Of a stretch of DNA of 64,000 nucleotides, positions 1-12,735 are shown in pieces (the first letter of the stretch is position 1; the number at the start of each line of letters is the position of its first letter). A model generated the notes under the pieces. It worked only from the letters and a program-made list of their open reading frames with translations, searched no databases and had not been told where the DNA came from. The stretch covers positions 496,001 to 560,000 of the forward strand of contig OZ025688.1 in the NCBI GenBank assembly GCA_964019335.1. The letters run 5' to 3'. The position numbers were made by a program, and so were the translations under genes. This stretch comes from Diplonema japonicum. Taxonomy: Eukaryota; Protista; Euglenozoa: Diplonemea.

Positions 1-829
1 GAAAGCCCGGAAACGAGAAGGACAACGAGAAGGCACGCTGTTTCACCATGGAATTCAGGTCCATAATCGACACCCATAAAGTAAGGCCGGAATTGGTCTG
101 GAATACGGGGTTAAAAACCAAAACAAAAAAAAGGGGTGCTAAGGTCGTAAAAGTCCGTGGCTTGGGGGACAAAACGGGCTATAACCGAACAGCTGGCTGT
201 TTCCTTGGCTGGATGGTTAAATACAAAGGCAAAGCGGAAACGCAACCGGCAGGGATTATCCGTGCCCCGGTCAAGCACCCGCCCACCGAATGGAGCCTAA
301 CGGCATCGCCCAATCATTGGGCTAATTATGATACTCGGTATCTGGGTTACGGAGCTGTTTCTTCCTTTTTGCTATAAATCATCGATTCCCATGGTTTTGC
401 CGAACGGGCCGATTCTGCTGCTTGTCGGCGACCACAACTCTCATATGCCTATGGGTTCGTAGAGTGGTTCGCAAACGTGCACATTGCTTTTGTCCCCCTG
501 GGCTCACCTACATGGTTCAACCGATGGATATTGGGTTGAACGCAGCTGTAAAGCATCTATTAAGAAAGGTAGTAGGCCACACGAAGGCTCGACAAGCTGA
601 TTGCCTCAGGGGCAGCAAGGGAGGACAAAGATGCAGAAAGGGAACCCTGGGGGTTTCTTCGCGCGGTTGCCGTTTGCAGCCCAGGCCAGTATGTAGGTGG
701 TAGTGGACCAGGCCCCCTGACGGCCTTACCTAAAAAAAATTCCCGGACGGAAAAACTCCCGGACGGAAAAATTCCCGGACGCCAAAAAAACTCGGACATT
801 TTTCCGTCCGGGAGTTTTTCGTTTTACAG
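1..829 (+). mobile_element. Right part of a decayed pogo/Tc2-like (Tc1-mariner superfamily, DDE_1) DNA transposon, truncated by the window edge
   Basis: Broken ORFs 48-377 and 422-703 carry VWNT and PPGLTYMVQPMDIGLNAAVK, resembling the pogo/DDE_1 PxxTxxxQPxDxG motif. The element ends ...TTTTACAG followed by TA at 830-831, after subterminal repeats. Confidence 0.75.
735..819. repeat. Subterminal repeats of the pogo-like element: three direct 16-nt units plus one inverted copy
   Basis: AAAAA(C/T)TCCCGGACG at about 735, 751 and 767; inverted TTTTTCCGTCCGGGAGTTTTT at 799-819. Confidence 0.85.
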
Positions 830-884
830 TATATTTTTTTTACCTCCGTTCTAAACCAAGTAAGGAAAAAAAAAGGGGGACACA

Positions 885-1667
885 ATGCAAGTCTTCATCC
901 ACGAAGAGGGAACAGGCGAAGTACAAAACGTGACCGTCCAGCCAAGCTGGTGCATTGAGGACGTGAAGAAGGAAATCGAACGAACAATCGGCGCCTACAA
1001 GAATGACCAAGTCCTGGTGTACGATGCTAGTGAGGTGGAAGACGCTACGCTTTTATCAGACATAGGGATTGGCGCGGAGGGTATTCTTGTCCTGAGGAGG
1101 GGCGCCATGTCAGTCGCACGAAAATGGCTTCAAGAAGCGAAAATACCCTGCACATCCAGAGGGCTGTGCGATGCTTTGCGAAACAAGCAAGCCGATATTG
1201 TGGAAAAACTTCTTTTAGGGTTCCCTTCTTGCGCTGATACCTACGATCTTGTGTCAGATGCCACACCCCTTGCTACTGCCGCGCAAGTGGGGAACTTAAA
1301 CATCGCCAGAAAATTACTGTCAATGGGGGCATCACCGTCGTTTGTTAACTCCAAGGGGCAGGATCCTTTCTTTATTGCTTGCATACACGGTCATCTTGCC
1401 ATTGCTGAGCTTCTCCTGCCGTGTTCTAACCCGCATTCTCGTGACACGGCTTCGCACTCCCCTTTGTACTGGGCTGCCGCCAACAAGCATTATCATGTTA
1501 TTAAGTTCCTTCTTACAAACGGCGCGCTTCCAGACACACCGACCTTCCTTTCTACTCTGAAGGACGCACCGAGTTCGTCGGCACTCCTTAGCACCATGCT
1601 GCTCCCTTGTAAGTCGTCCTTCCGTGCTGCTTATTATTCAATCCTTTTACAGACTCCCGATGGCTGA
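885..1667 (+). CDS. Ubiquitin-like domain plus ankyrin repeat protein
   Basis: N-terminus MQVFIHE...IEDVKKEIE...QVLVY...TLLSDIGI is ubiquitin-like. Ankyrin repeats follow: TPLATAA, DPFFIACIHGH, SPLYWAAANKH. Confidence 0.85.
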   Translation: MQVFIHEEGTGEVQNVTVQPSWCIEDVKKEIERTIGAYKNDQVLVYDASEVEDATLLSDIGIGAEGILVLRRGAMSVARKWLQEAKIPCTSRGLCDALRNKQADIVEKLLLGFPSCADTYDLVSDATPLATAAQVGNLNIARKLLSMGASPSFVNSKGQDPFFIACIHGHLAIAELLLPCSNPHSRDTASHSPLYWAAANKHYHVIKFLLTNGALPDTPTFLSTLKDAPSSSALLSTMLLPCKSSFRAAYYSILLQTPDG

Positions 1668-1739
1668 AACTTCCGTCCCAGCTTTTTTAACATTTTTTTT
1701 TTTTTTTGCTCCCTCCTTCGCACTGTATATTAGATTGTG

Positions 1740-1796
<57 letters not shown>

Positions 1797-1816
1797 TGGT
1801 GGGGAAATAGAAAGAA

Positions 1817-2001
1817 GTGTTGTTCGCTGTTGACCTCCTCGTAGCGCAGTAGCGCTAAAGTCGGAGTGGAAGAACGTAATGCAATGCTCAGGAAGACGAA
1901 CATGAGAAGAATCTTGGTTACCCGGGATAAGGACACGAGGTGCGCCCCCGTAATCAAGCAGACAGTTCTTGTGCAGGACGCCGTCAACACTGGCCTCCTT
2001 T
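1817..2001. repeat. Dispersed repeat family A, internally deleted copy
   Basis: Shares collinear blocks GTGTTGTTCGCTGTTGACCTCCTCGT, AGAATCTTGGTTACCCGGGA, AGACAGTTCTTGTGCAGG and GGCCTCCTTT with 59290-59570. Confidence 0.85.
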
Positions 2002-2198
2002 ATCTCTTATATTTTTCTTACTTTCTATTTTTTTCCGTCATTTTTTTTTTGTTTCGTTTGTACTTTAAAAAAAAAACTGAACCATGAAGGGGATAAAGGG
2101 AAAAAAAAGAAAAAGAAAAAAAAAAACCTCGCTGTACACTATATGCTTTTTTTTTTTTTGGTTGTTTTTTTTTTCTTCTCTTTTTTCTTTTTCTGTGC

Positions 2199-2308
2199 AA
2201 GAACGAGTCTTTGACTTGTCTAAACAAAAGGGGAACGTTGGCAACGTGTTTTCGGGTTTACAAACTTCTCCAGGTTTTACCCGGCACGTACAAACAACGG
2301 CCAGTTCC
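2199..2308. repeat. Dispersed repeat family B (~110 bp), copy 1
   Basis: Near-identical to 17480-17588 (three substitutions and one 1-nt indel by eye). Confidence 0.9.
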
Positions 2309-2769
2309 CCTTTTCTTGTTTTTTTTTTCTTTTTTTTTTCCCTTGCTCTTCCTCTTACACCCCATGTATGGCCCGTCTTTCGCTTGCCGGCTCTTCTTCC
2401 TTTTCTTTTTTTTTTTTTTTTACGTAAACTTTTTTATGTAGAAAATGTCGGGCGGAGAAAACTCCCCGACACCTATAAAAAAAAAAAAAAAAAAGAAGAA
2501 CATTCCCCCCCTCAATTTCTTCGTCTCTACTTACCTATCCCTTTCTCCCAAGGCCTAGAGGGAAAGGGACAGATAGGTGGATAGGAGACGTCCCGAATCA
2601 GGAATCTCCCATCCCACTCTTTTTTGAACAAATGCCTATCTATTTGAATTCCGCCTTTGTACACTATGCCTGTCTTTATACACACTTTCTTTTTTTTTTA
2701 TACTCCTTTTGACACAACGAACATAGAAAAACCTTCATAACCATTTCAAAAAGACAGGTAAAAAACAAC

Positions 2770-3430
2770 ATGCCCGTCAGAGGAAATGTGCTGCTGCTGA
2801 GCGAGGCGGAAGCGGCGATCGCAGCGATGGACGTGAGCAAGCTGTCAAGGAAGGAGAGGAAGCAGTTTGAATTGCGGAAGAAATTGGGAAAGACATTAGA
2901 CGCTATTAGCAGGTACTGAACGTAGTTTTCTTTTCTTTTTTTTTTTGAATTTTAAACCCCCCCCCCCCCGCAGAGTGGAGAAGGAGAACGAAGAAGACCC
3001 CTCAAAGCCGAGACAGAGGACGTCTTTGACAGGCTTCTGGAGGAAGCGAAAAGAAGCAGCTAAAAGTTGTGTTTTTGTGGGCAACATGCCCTTGGATATT
3101 TCCGAAAGAGAGATTCGTGACCATTTTTCTGAAATAGGTGAGATAGTAGACTTCCGGTGGCTGCCTGCGACGTCCGCCTCGTGCATAACTTACATCCAGT
3201 TTGAAAGCCCCGAACTGGCAGAGGCGGCGGTTGCCCTCCCGGCACCTTATTTCAGGGGGCACACCCTTCGCATCAACCTAGCCAACGACAACAAGGAGCG
3301 CAAGGCAGCCATCAACAAACGAACAGGCAGCGCGGCAAATCTAGAAACAGAGGGAACCACCGAACCCGCCCCCCCTGTGAAGAAGCAGCGCATCCAAGCG
3401 CCGAGAAACAAGGTAAGCATCATCGACTAG
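2770..3430 (+). CDS. RRM RNA-binding protein; exons 2770-2912, 2974-3430
   Basis: RNP2-like VFVGNMP and RNP1-like ITYIQF in a basic protein. A 61-nt GT-AG intron at 2913-2973 joins an upstream ATG exon in frame. Confidence 0.8.
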
Positions 3431-3532
3431 CATATCAGCGTGAATAACACATGGGGTTGAGTATTTATATTTCCCCTCGGCATAATATAATTTCCCTTTT
3501 TATTTTTCATTTTTACACCACAGGAGGGGCGG

Positions 3533-4837
<1,305 letters not shown>

Positions 4838-4954
4838 CAGAGACGAAAAAGGCCCCTTAGATGCGACCTTGCTTGTTGCTCGGGATCCAGTTCTTTTGAA
4901 TGCACTTATTATGATCCGCACTTCGCAACATATTCACCGCACCACAGGAGCAAG

Positions 4955-5344
4955 ATGCCAGCAGATGCTATAGGGTCACCGAGCAAGACACCTGGGAGGA
5001 AGAAGAAACCTGGTGAGGAGAAATGGTTGGATGTGGAATCGAAGAGGCAGGCAACGCAGCTGACAGCCTCACTGACAGAATACGTGTACTTCCTGGCGAA
5101 CGACCCGTCTGTAGCACAGCAGAGAATAGCACAGAATATTCACCGCAGCGTGCCTAGCTACGTCCAGAAGGCAGAGCAGACGCGGTCCCTGCACACAGAG
5201 GCCAAGGGAGTCAACGAGGACCTGGTCCTCACCGTGCGTGACCTGGAGCATGTGTGCGATCTCCCTGTCTTCAAATCCGTTCATAGTAAACTAGTGTGTG
5301 CCACGGAGTTCGCAAAGCAGCTCTTAACTGAAGATGACCAGTAA
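4955..5344 (+). CDS. BORCS8: BLOC-1-related complex subunit 8 (BORCS8/MEF2BNB-like)
   Basis: FLANDPSVAQQRIAQNIHRSVP resembles the family LANEPS...R...H... signature; 129 aa, helical. Confidence 0.7.
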   Translation: MPADAIGSPSKTPGRKKKPGEEKWLDVESKRQATQLTASLTEYVYFLANDPSVAQQRIAQNIHRSVPSYVQKAEQTRSLHTEAKGVNEDLVLTVRDLEHVCDLPVFKSVHSKLVCATEFAKQLLTEDDQ

Positions 5345-5487
5345 CCACCTTTCCCCCTTTTTCGTACGTTCTCCTGTTTTCTTTTTGTTCGTTACGTCTT
5401 ACGGTACTTATTTTGTTGTCTGTATTCCAAAAGAAGAAGAAGAAAAAAAAGAAGAACAAAACAAGAAGGGTTACACAGTGCGGTACC

Positions 5488-6756
5488 ATGAGGAGAGGGG
5501 GCTCTTCTGACACGAGGACGGTAATAAAATGGGGAACAGTGGTGGTGATGGTGTACTGTTCGGGGTACTGGATGGGGTACAGCCATGCGATTCTGCCTGC
5601 GAGGGAGCAGATCACCAGGAAGCAAAGTGGTGTGTATGAAGAAAAGAAATACCAGCACATACAACGGGAGACACAGGTGAATGTCAAGCCTGTTATAGAC
5701 GATGAGAAGAAGGAGGATGACATCGCAGAACAGAATAATGATGCACAGTACGAGGTACTCGACTCGCGGGGGAACCACCTCACCGTCGCGAAACACTTCA
5801 TCGACTTAACCTACAAACCCACCAAGCTCCAGAAGCAGCACCTCGCAGGGAAACAACTCACGCAATCAGAGATCGAAGCGCTCCCAATGTACAAAAACGT
5901 CTTCAGCAACGACCTCCTCCCATGCGGCAGAAAGGTGATGATATGCCCGCCTTGGAAAATGGAAAGCGACACGCTGCAAATCCCTTTGAAACATCTCCCA
6001 AGGAAAAAGGCAACCTCCGTCGATCAAAAGTACGACCGGCGTGCGGTGAACTGCCAGAAATCCGGGATATGGCACAAGATAAGTTTGGACGACCACAAGT
6101 TGATATTGAGGGTGATCGAGAAACTGTTGCAAGTGAAGAAAGGGGATTATGTTTTCGATTGGGGGAGCGGGTGTGGGCATAAATTGAAGTTCTTATCAGA
6201 TTCAAGGGAGGTGGCAGGGTTAGGCGTGGATGTCAGCGAGAAGAGCGTTGAATACTCAGTGGTGAACACGACAAAGAACAACCACTTCTGCAGAGCCAAT
6301 GGTGTGCGGGTGGATGAATGGATCCCTGAGAACTACTTCGATCACGCCATCTCCTTCGGGTCGGTGTACCATGTGTATAATAGGACTACTTTCTGCTCAG
6401 TAATACGGTCCATGGTCCGCGTGGTAAAGAAGGGTGGAAGGGTGTACAATGGTTGGACTGAGAATGCTGAGTATCGCAGGGCCGACATCGCCCCCTGCCT
6501 GCGCGACCTTCCGGTCACAATCGATATTGTTGAAGAGCGTAAAGCCTTCTCCCACGTCCCCGTCTTCCCTCTCAAGGCGCAGCAGACTATCCCTAATACG
6601 TATTCCCTTGTCGTGACTAAGACAGAGGCAACTACGGTATGTACATATGGGGGAGGGGGTAAAAAAAGATTTTTTTAAATATTCACACAGCCCCGTTTTT
6701 GGAAATACGTCCCCATCACCTGCACAACTCATAAGTGTGATGAGGTTTCTTACTAG
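5488..6756 (+). CDS. Type II membrane SAM-dependent methyltransferase; probable exons 5488-6636, 6691-6756
   Basis: N-terminal hydrophobic anchor; class I motif I VFDWGSGCG, GLGVDVSE, FDHAISFG, RVVKKGG. Intron GTATG...CACAG at 6637-6690. Confidence 0.75.
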
Positions 6757-7198
6757 CCCGTGGTGGGAGGAAAGAAAAAAAAAGAAGAAAGAACGTAAAA
6801 AAAAAAAAAAGACCCCCCATTATTTTCTCCTTCTCGAGTAGTTGGAAAAACAAAAAGAAGATTTTTGTTACTTAGATGGTGTTCGGGGACCGCCAATGGT
6901 GTCTCAAGATACTGAGGAGCAACAAAAAAAAAAAGAAAAGATCCGGTAATTCGGTAAAGTAATAAAAAATAGGAAAGGAAACTTTAACAACAAGAAGGGG
7001 AGGGGGAGGGGGGGGAGTGTATTCGTTTTTTTGTTCTGTTTGATAATTTATAATTCATAAACCACCCCCATTTTTTTTTGTCAAGTCGGGCATCGTTTTT
7101 TTTTCCCCCTTCCAACAACTGGTTATCATAACACAATGATAAAAAAAGAAAACGGGCTTTGCTGCCATCATTCACATCGCCCCATAAAGCAGTGAGAG

Positions 7199-7933
7199 AT
7201 GAGGTTCCTCAAGACGCCGGCCATGCAGGCCTTCTCAAAAGCATGCATGGGGAAGAAAGGGAAGAGAGTCCATGTCTGTGACATGGAACACGTACGAGAG
7301 GTGGCAGTGGAACTGCTGCCTGAATGGGTTGAGGACAGGGAAGTGATAGTCACAGCAAGGATTCTTGCAATGCTGGTGGGAGCAGTACGGTGGAAAATGG
7401 ACCAACTGGTGTTTGTTTTTGAGGGCGACATACGGCATAGAGACTTGGTAGAGGTCTTTGCAGGCACACACCCTAACATACTAGCAGGGGACTCTGCGGA
7501 TATCATAAAAGGCATCAAGGAGCTTACGGCACAACGTGGTGAAGATCTCCTTCTCTACACAGGGAGGGCCGTACACGCGCAGGCACCTTTACCCGCAGCT
7601 CACTCGTTCACCCCTGACACGCAGTGGAACCACCTCACCATGCCCACCTATGTTATATCTCGTTTCTTCCCCCGCGATCAGGCCCTCGCCATTGTTGCTG
7701 CGATCGACGGTTCTTTAACCATCCCTGCTCCTTCTTCGCTTCCCGGCGACCTTGCTTCGGCTTATGTGTCTCTTCAGCCAAAAGTCCAAGAGCTGTACAG
7801 CAGCCTTGTGGCGCCCTCCTCGTTCATCCCCCCGTCCTTCTCGCCCTACGAGCCTGTCGGTGACGAGGCGGCGTTGAAGGTTCTTGAAAAATACCGCCTG
7901 CAACACTTAGAGTTATTGGTGAAGCAAGCGTAA
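7199..7933 (+). CDS. Hypothetical protein, 244 aa
   Basis: Long ORF with coding-like composition, same strand as neighbours; no motif recognised. Confidence 0.6.
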   Translation: MRFLKTPAMQAFSKACMGKKGKRVHVCDMEHVREVAVELLPEWVEDREVIVTARILAMLVGAVRWKMDQLVFVFEGDIRHRDLVEVFAGTHPNILAGDSADIIKGIKELTAQRGEDLLLYTGRAVHAQAPLPAAHSFTPDTQWNHLTMPTYVISRFFPRDQALAIVAAIDGSLTIPAPSSLPGDLASAYVSLQPKVQELYSSLVAPSSFIPPSFSPYEPVGDEAALKVLEKYRLQHLELLVKQA

Positions 7934-8020
7934 AAACCGCCGATAGGCGTTAAGTCTTTTTCTTTTATTTTTTTTTTTTAAATAAGTTCTTCCAAAAGCA
8001 CGACACAGGTGGTGGCTGCA

Positions 8021-9328
8021 ATGTGGGTGAGGAGGCTTGCCGTCCCATGCAAGAGGCAGGTGGGTGCTAAGCTTCTCCAGCGTAGGTACGAGACTGATGA
8101 AGTGGAAGAGGAGGACTCCGGACAGAGGGGCATCGAAGAGTTCGTGGGACAGCACATCATAGAAAAAGGATTCGGAGCAGCGACTCCGGACCCTGGGAGG
8201 TCGTGGATGGTGGAGGAGCTGGAGGGGAAGAGCTACGAGGACCTGCGGAGGATCTGGTTTTTGTGCCTCAAGGAGAGGAACCAGTTAAAGTCAGTTGAGC
8301 TGTTCTATCAACACCAGACAGAGACCTTTGGCGACTTTCCCCACCCCGACAGGTTGAACAGAGTGGAGGTGAGCTTGCGGCGCGTGAAAGAGGTGGTCTC
8401 GGATAGGCACACCGTGGCAACAAGGGTTGCCTGGAAGGAGTTCATGCGAAGAATATCCGAAAACCAGTACCGGTTCCCCGCAGGGCCACAGCCCCCGGCT
8501 GGATACGACAACCCTACCCGCAGGGTGGCCTTCTACAGCAAGAACCGTATAGTACCCACACCCGAGGACTATAACGAGCACGATTCAGAGAAATGGGAGA
8601 GGCTTGTCGAGAGGGTTAGCGTGATGCTGGAAGTAAAACCTGTCGATGTGAAGGAAGACCTGACCCCCGAAGGTGTTGAACGAAAGGAGAGGCTTGAATT
8701 CGTGAAGACAAGACTGAGGATGGTATCTCGTGACCTGCTGGCGTACAAAGAGGATCTTGTGGAAGAATGGAGACGCGAGAAGGCGGAGCTCAAGGACGAG
8801 GGGCCGTACATGTACACAGTGACACTGCCGACAGCAGCGGACTGCGAAGAAATTGTTAAGCAGGCGGAGAACGGTCTTGACGAGGTCGTGACGCTGGGTC
8901 TGGTGGAAGGCTCGGCGCCGCCGCCTTACTCTTCTTTCATTGACGACGAACACGTGCTTGTCTCGTCAGAGCTTCTACCCCTCGAACCCTTCAAGGACGA
9001 CCTTTACGAGAATGTCTTGGCAAGGGAAGAGTGGCTGCAACGTGCACGCACCCGACCTGCCCCTGTGCGACCACAGCCGTTCGCAGATGCCCCTTCTGGT
9101 GTGGATCCTTTCGTAAGGTATGCTTTATTATTTTTAACACACACCACCGTCATAGGCAGCTTCGCAGTGCAGAGCACAACGTTCACCAAGTGTACTACGA
9201 ATACAGTGGGTCCAAGAAGGTATGTTGCACCCCCCTAACACCCCGCCCCGCAGGCCCGATACATCGACTCTCCCCACGAAGGCACGCAGATCATCAGCCG
9301 CTACAACAAGCCAAACGAAGAGCCTTGA
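8021..9328 (+). CDS. MRPL47: Mitochondrial ribosomal protein uL29m (MRPL47) with long C-terminal extension; exons 8021-9117, 9156-9219, 9254-9328
   Basis: Arg-rich presequence; GRSWMVEELEGKSYEDLRRIWFLCLKERNQL matches the L47 signature. Two GTATG introns (38 and 34 nt). Confidence 0.8.
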
Positions 9329-9441
9329 GGCACGTCACCGTACTGATAATAAGGGGATGGGTAGTGTGCAACTTCATTTCAGTCATTTGTCTACAATACC
9401 TGCTCGCGTACCTGCGTACGAAGCCACACAGGATCCAACAG

Positions 9442-12282
9442 ATGAGCTACCAAGCTTGTTTGACGAGCGCAACAAAAGCGCTAGAAGCAGATGAACGGGG
9501 ACAGGTGGATTTGGCTATTGAAGCTTACAAAAAAGCGGTGGAACAGATGATGCTGTGGTCACACAAGGAGACAAACACGGACAAGAAAGCTGCGTTGAAA
9601 AAGAACATGACACGCTGTCTGGACAGGGCAGAGGAGCTGCAAGGCAAAGAGACGGTTGCAAAGGCGAAAACCTTGGCTGACAAGGCAGGGCAACTAGAAA
9701 AGGATAAGAAGTACAACGAAGCGAAAGCATGTTACATAAAAGCGGCGGAGATCTTGTTCGAATATAAAAAGACGCAAAGGCAGAAGGACGTGCAGCTCGC
9801 AATCAAGCTGCAGATCGACAGCCACATGAAGTCTGCGGAGCTCCTCACGCTCTTGTCGGCAGCACCTATTCCAAAGCACACCCCTGAGGGGGAGTACAAA
9901 CCAGCACCGCCGACCCCTCAAATGAGCATTGCCAATCTTAAAAAGCCAGAACAAGGACAGGCTGCTCACCTGCAGCAAAACAACTTGTCTGCAGAAGAGT
10001 ATGCGTTCCTTAAAAACGAAGGCTCCTTGGTGTGCGGCTCGAGGCTGCCTATGTGGGACGACAGGGAGCAGGGGTACCCTTCGGTGCACCCGCTCACCTC
10101 GCCGACTGTTTTCACAGATCCTGCAGCCCCTAAGTTGTCACAAAAGCAGGTCGAGCACGGTGCTGTTTGGATGCGGCCTACGGAGTTTCTCCCGAAGGGA
10201 GTGCCCCCATGTATTGTAAGCGCCAAGGTGGACCCGTTATCCATCTCGCAGAGTGTGGTGGGCAACTGTTCTTATGTGTGCAGTCTGATTGTCGCAGCCG
10301 CCTTTGAGCAGCGTTTCCCCACAGCGAAACTAATCTCATCTGCTATGTTTCCACAGGACGCGTCGGGACGGCCGGTGCCCAACCCTTCTGGAAAGCATGC
10401 TGTGAAGCTCCTTGTGAACGGCATAGTGCGGATGGTGATCATCGATGATAGGGTGGTGGCCTCCAAGGGCAAAGGGTGGGTAGGCGGCCCTATGGGCGGG
10501 CATGCCATCGACGTCCAGGGCCATTCGCCTTTAAGCGGGCACTGTACCTCTGGAGACTTGTGGGTCGCATTGTATGAAAAGGCCTTCCTTAAAGTGTTTG
10601 GGGCAAGCTACGAGTTTGGAGGCAGCAGCTCATGCTCTGACCTGTATCATTTGTGCGGGTGGATCCCTGAGTCTATGGATATGGACGAGTCTTTCAACAA
10701 ACAAGATGAATGGAAGCGATTGTCCACAGCACATCACAAGGGACAGGTGATGACCACTATGGGAACAGCACCGAAGGGGAAGATGCCAGAAATTTGGAGG
10801 GAAAAGCTCGGGCTCATTGCGGGGCACGCGTACAGTGTTTTGGACTACAAAGAGGTCAACGGCTTGAAACTGCTGAAGATGATGAACCCGTGGCAACAGC
10901 ACCGATGGACGGGGAGGTACTCCCACAAAGACAATGTGAACTGGACCCCAGCACTGCAAAAGGTACTGCAGTACGACAAACGCCAAGAGGACAACGGAGT
11001 CTTTTGGATCGACTGGAACGACGCCACCAAGTTCTTCGAAAGGATCAACCTGTCATGGATGCCACACACCTTTCCTTACAGGTTCGCTCAGCACCTCAAC
11101 TGGAAGAATAATATCTCCGAAAACCACCACTACTTCCGGTGCCCGCAGTACTCTCTCACTGTTGAAGCATCTGCTGCCACCTCAGTATGGGTACTGCTCT
11201 GTCGTCACATCCTTGCAAAAGCAGAGGAAGAACATCCTTTCATCACTATCCATGTCTACAACACCACGGGGCTTCCACCCGTGCGCATTGCCACGCCCTA
11301 CATGCTCGGAGAGGGCAGGCTGTTGCACAACGGGGTTTACAAAAACGCTTCCATGAAGCTGCACCGTCTTGAAATCCCTGCAGGGCACACCTCATACACG
11401 GTCATCGTGTCAAGTTTGTCGACTGCTCCATTCCCCCACACGCTGACGGTGTACAGCCCTCTCAAGACTATTCAGATTAAAAAAGTGCCCGAGAAGCCAT
11501 ACCCCCATGCAAAGGAAGTGAAGGGGGCATGGACGAGTGAGTCTGCGGGCGGTCGTGCGGGGCTGCCGACGTGGAAGAAAAACCCACAGTACCGCGTGGT
11601 GGTGAAGGAGCCTGCTAGGATTATCGCTACGCTTGAGATCGCGAAAGAGATGTCAGTAGGGATGTCTATGTCGTGTGTGGGCAAGGAGACCCTCGTCGCA
11701 CAGGGCACGCACTGGCAAGGCAGGCTCGAGAGCATACAACAGATTAAATACAGGAACGGCAACTACGGCATGGCTATGGCGTGCTTAGATACAATGTGCC
11801 CGCCCGACGAGAACGAACAGCCGAAAGGAGAGCTTGTACCCCCTGGGGTGTACACCATTGTGCCGTGCACATATGAGGGTGGGCTCGAGGCACCGTTTAA
11901 GTTAACAGTGTACTCAAATATCGCCAGCTGTGCAGCATCACTTGTGCCTATCGGCGAGGAGGGGGCCGGGATGAAATATAAGGAACTGCGCGGTGAGTGG
12001 ACTGAAGGGGTGAAGACGGTCACCTTCAAGATACACTCCTTTTCGCAGATCACCTGCCGCCTAATTGCCACGTCCACACAACACCACATCTCCGCAACGC
12101 TAGCTCTCAACGATGTAAAGGCAGCGCCCTGCTCCTTGTCGGAGTACTTGCTCCCCCTTACAGCTTTCCCCCACCCCGTCTCTTCATCCTCTCCCGCAAC
12201 TCTTACTGCCACCGTGCACGGCACCCAGCCTGGTTCCTTCGTTATTCGGTGCTACACCAACACCGACCTGCAGCTCCGCTGA
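9442..12282 (+). CDS. CAPN7: Calpain-7/PalB-like cysteine protease (two MIT domains, CysPc, calpain domain III)
   Basis: Two MIT-like helical repeats; catalytic QSVVGNCS (Cys), GHAYSV (His), MNPW (Asn); domain III GAWTSESAGG...KNPQY. ATG 9442 follows a CACAG/AACAG acceptor; the upstream part of ORF 9031 overlaps MRPL47 exons. Confidence 0.9.
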   Translation: MSYQACLTSATKALEADERGQVDLAIEAYKKAVEQMMLWSHKETNTDKKAALKKNMTRCLDRAEELQGKETVAKAKTLADKAGQLEKDKKYNEAKACYIKAAEILFEYKKTQRQKDVQLAIKLQIDSHMKSAELLTLLSAAPIPKHTPEGEYKPAPPTPQMSIANLKKPEQGQAAHLQQNNLSAEEYAFLKNEGSLVCGSRLPMWDDREQGYPSVHPLTSPTVFTDPAAPKLSQKQVEHGAVWMRPTEFLPKGVPPCIVSAKVDPLSISQSVVGNCSYVCSLIVAAAFEQRFPTAKLISSAMFPQDASGRPVPNPSGKHAVKLLVNGIVRMVIIDDRVVASKGKGWVGGPMGGHAIDVQGHSPLSGHCTSGDLWVALYEKAFLKVFGASYEFGGSSSCSDLYHLCGWIPESMDMDESFNKQDEWKRLSTAHHKGQVMTTMGTAPKGKMPEIWREKLGLIAGHAYSVLDYKEVNGLKLLKMMNPWQQHRWTGRYSHKDNVNWTPALQKVLQYDKRQEDNGVFWIDWNDATKFFERINLSWMPHTFPYRFAQHLNWKNNISENHHYFRCPQYSLTVEASAATSVWVLLCRHILAKAEEEHPFITIHVYNTTGLPPVRIATPYMLGEGRLLHNGVYKNASMKLHRLEIPAGHTSYTVIVSSLSTAPFPHTLTVYSPLKTIQIKKVPEKPYPHAKEVKGAWTSESAGGRAGLPTWKKNPQYRVVVKEPARIIATLEIAKEMSVGMSMSCVGKETLVAQGTHWQGRLESIQQIKYRNGNYGMAMACLDTMCPPDENEQPKGELVPPGVYTIVPCTYEGGLEAPFKLTVYSNIASCAASLVPIGEEGAGMKYKELRGEWTEGVKTVTFKIHSFSQITCRLIATSTQHHISATLALNDVKAAPCSLSEYLLPLTAFPHPVSSSSPATLTATVHGTQPGSFVIRCYTNTDLQLR

Positions 12283-12393
12283 GTCGTCATGCTTCCTGAA
12301 GGGGTCTTGCCCACCCTTCGTCTGCTTCTTCTCATTCCAAAAGAAAAACGAAAGAAAGGGAAAAAAAGGGGGGGCTTTATTTGTTTCCGGTGA

Positions 12394-12622
12394 TCCACCA
12401 TTCTAAGTAGCCTGGTTTTCTTCAGTTTATTAGAGATTTCAGAATTATGCCGAGTTTAAGATCCATCATGCATGACCTTAAATGGAAGCATAGCAGTGGC
12501 ATTAATGAAGTCGATACATAACTGACCTGTCGGGTTAACACAAGCGCTGCTTAAATAAGCAGATTTTGTTATTAATCTTTCCATTCTGGTGGACGAAAAA
12601 GCTTATGGCAAAACGTTAGAAT
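12394..12622. other. Intergenic island with nested complementary segments (candidate structured RNA)
   Basis: TCCACCA/TGGTGGA (12394-400/12587-93), AATGGAAG/TTTCCATT (12481-88/12578-85), ATTAATGA/TTATTAAT (12501-08/12569-76), CTGCTTA/TAAGCAG hairpin (12547-62). Confidence 0.3.
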
Positions 12623-12735
12623 CTACGCCGGAAAGAGAGGGAAAAGAAGTTTTACGTTAACAGGAATCGGTTGTTTGTTTTCCCAGCAAGATCCCTGCAG
12701 GAGAGGGGGGGAGGCAGGGGAGGTTTTTACAAAAG

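Noticed and set aside
9031-9441. N-terminal 137 aa of the 1083-aa calpain ORF
   Set aside because: Overlaps MRPL47 exons, introns and intergenic DNA; the real start is most likely ATG 9442.
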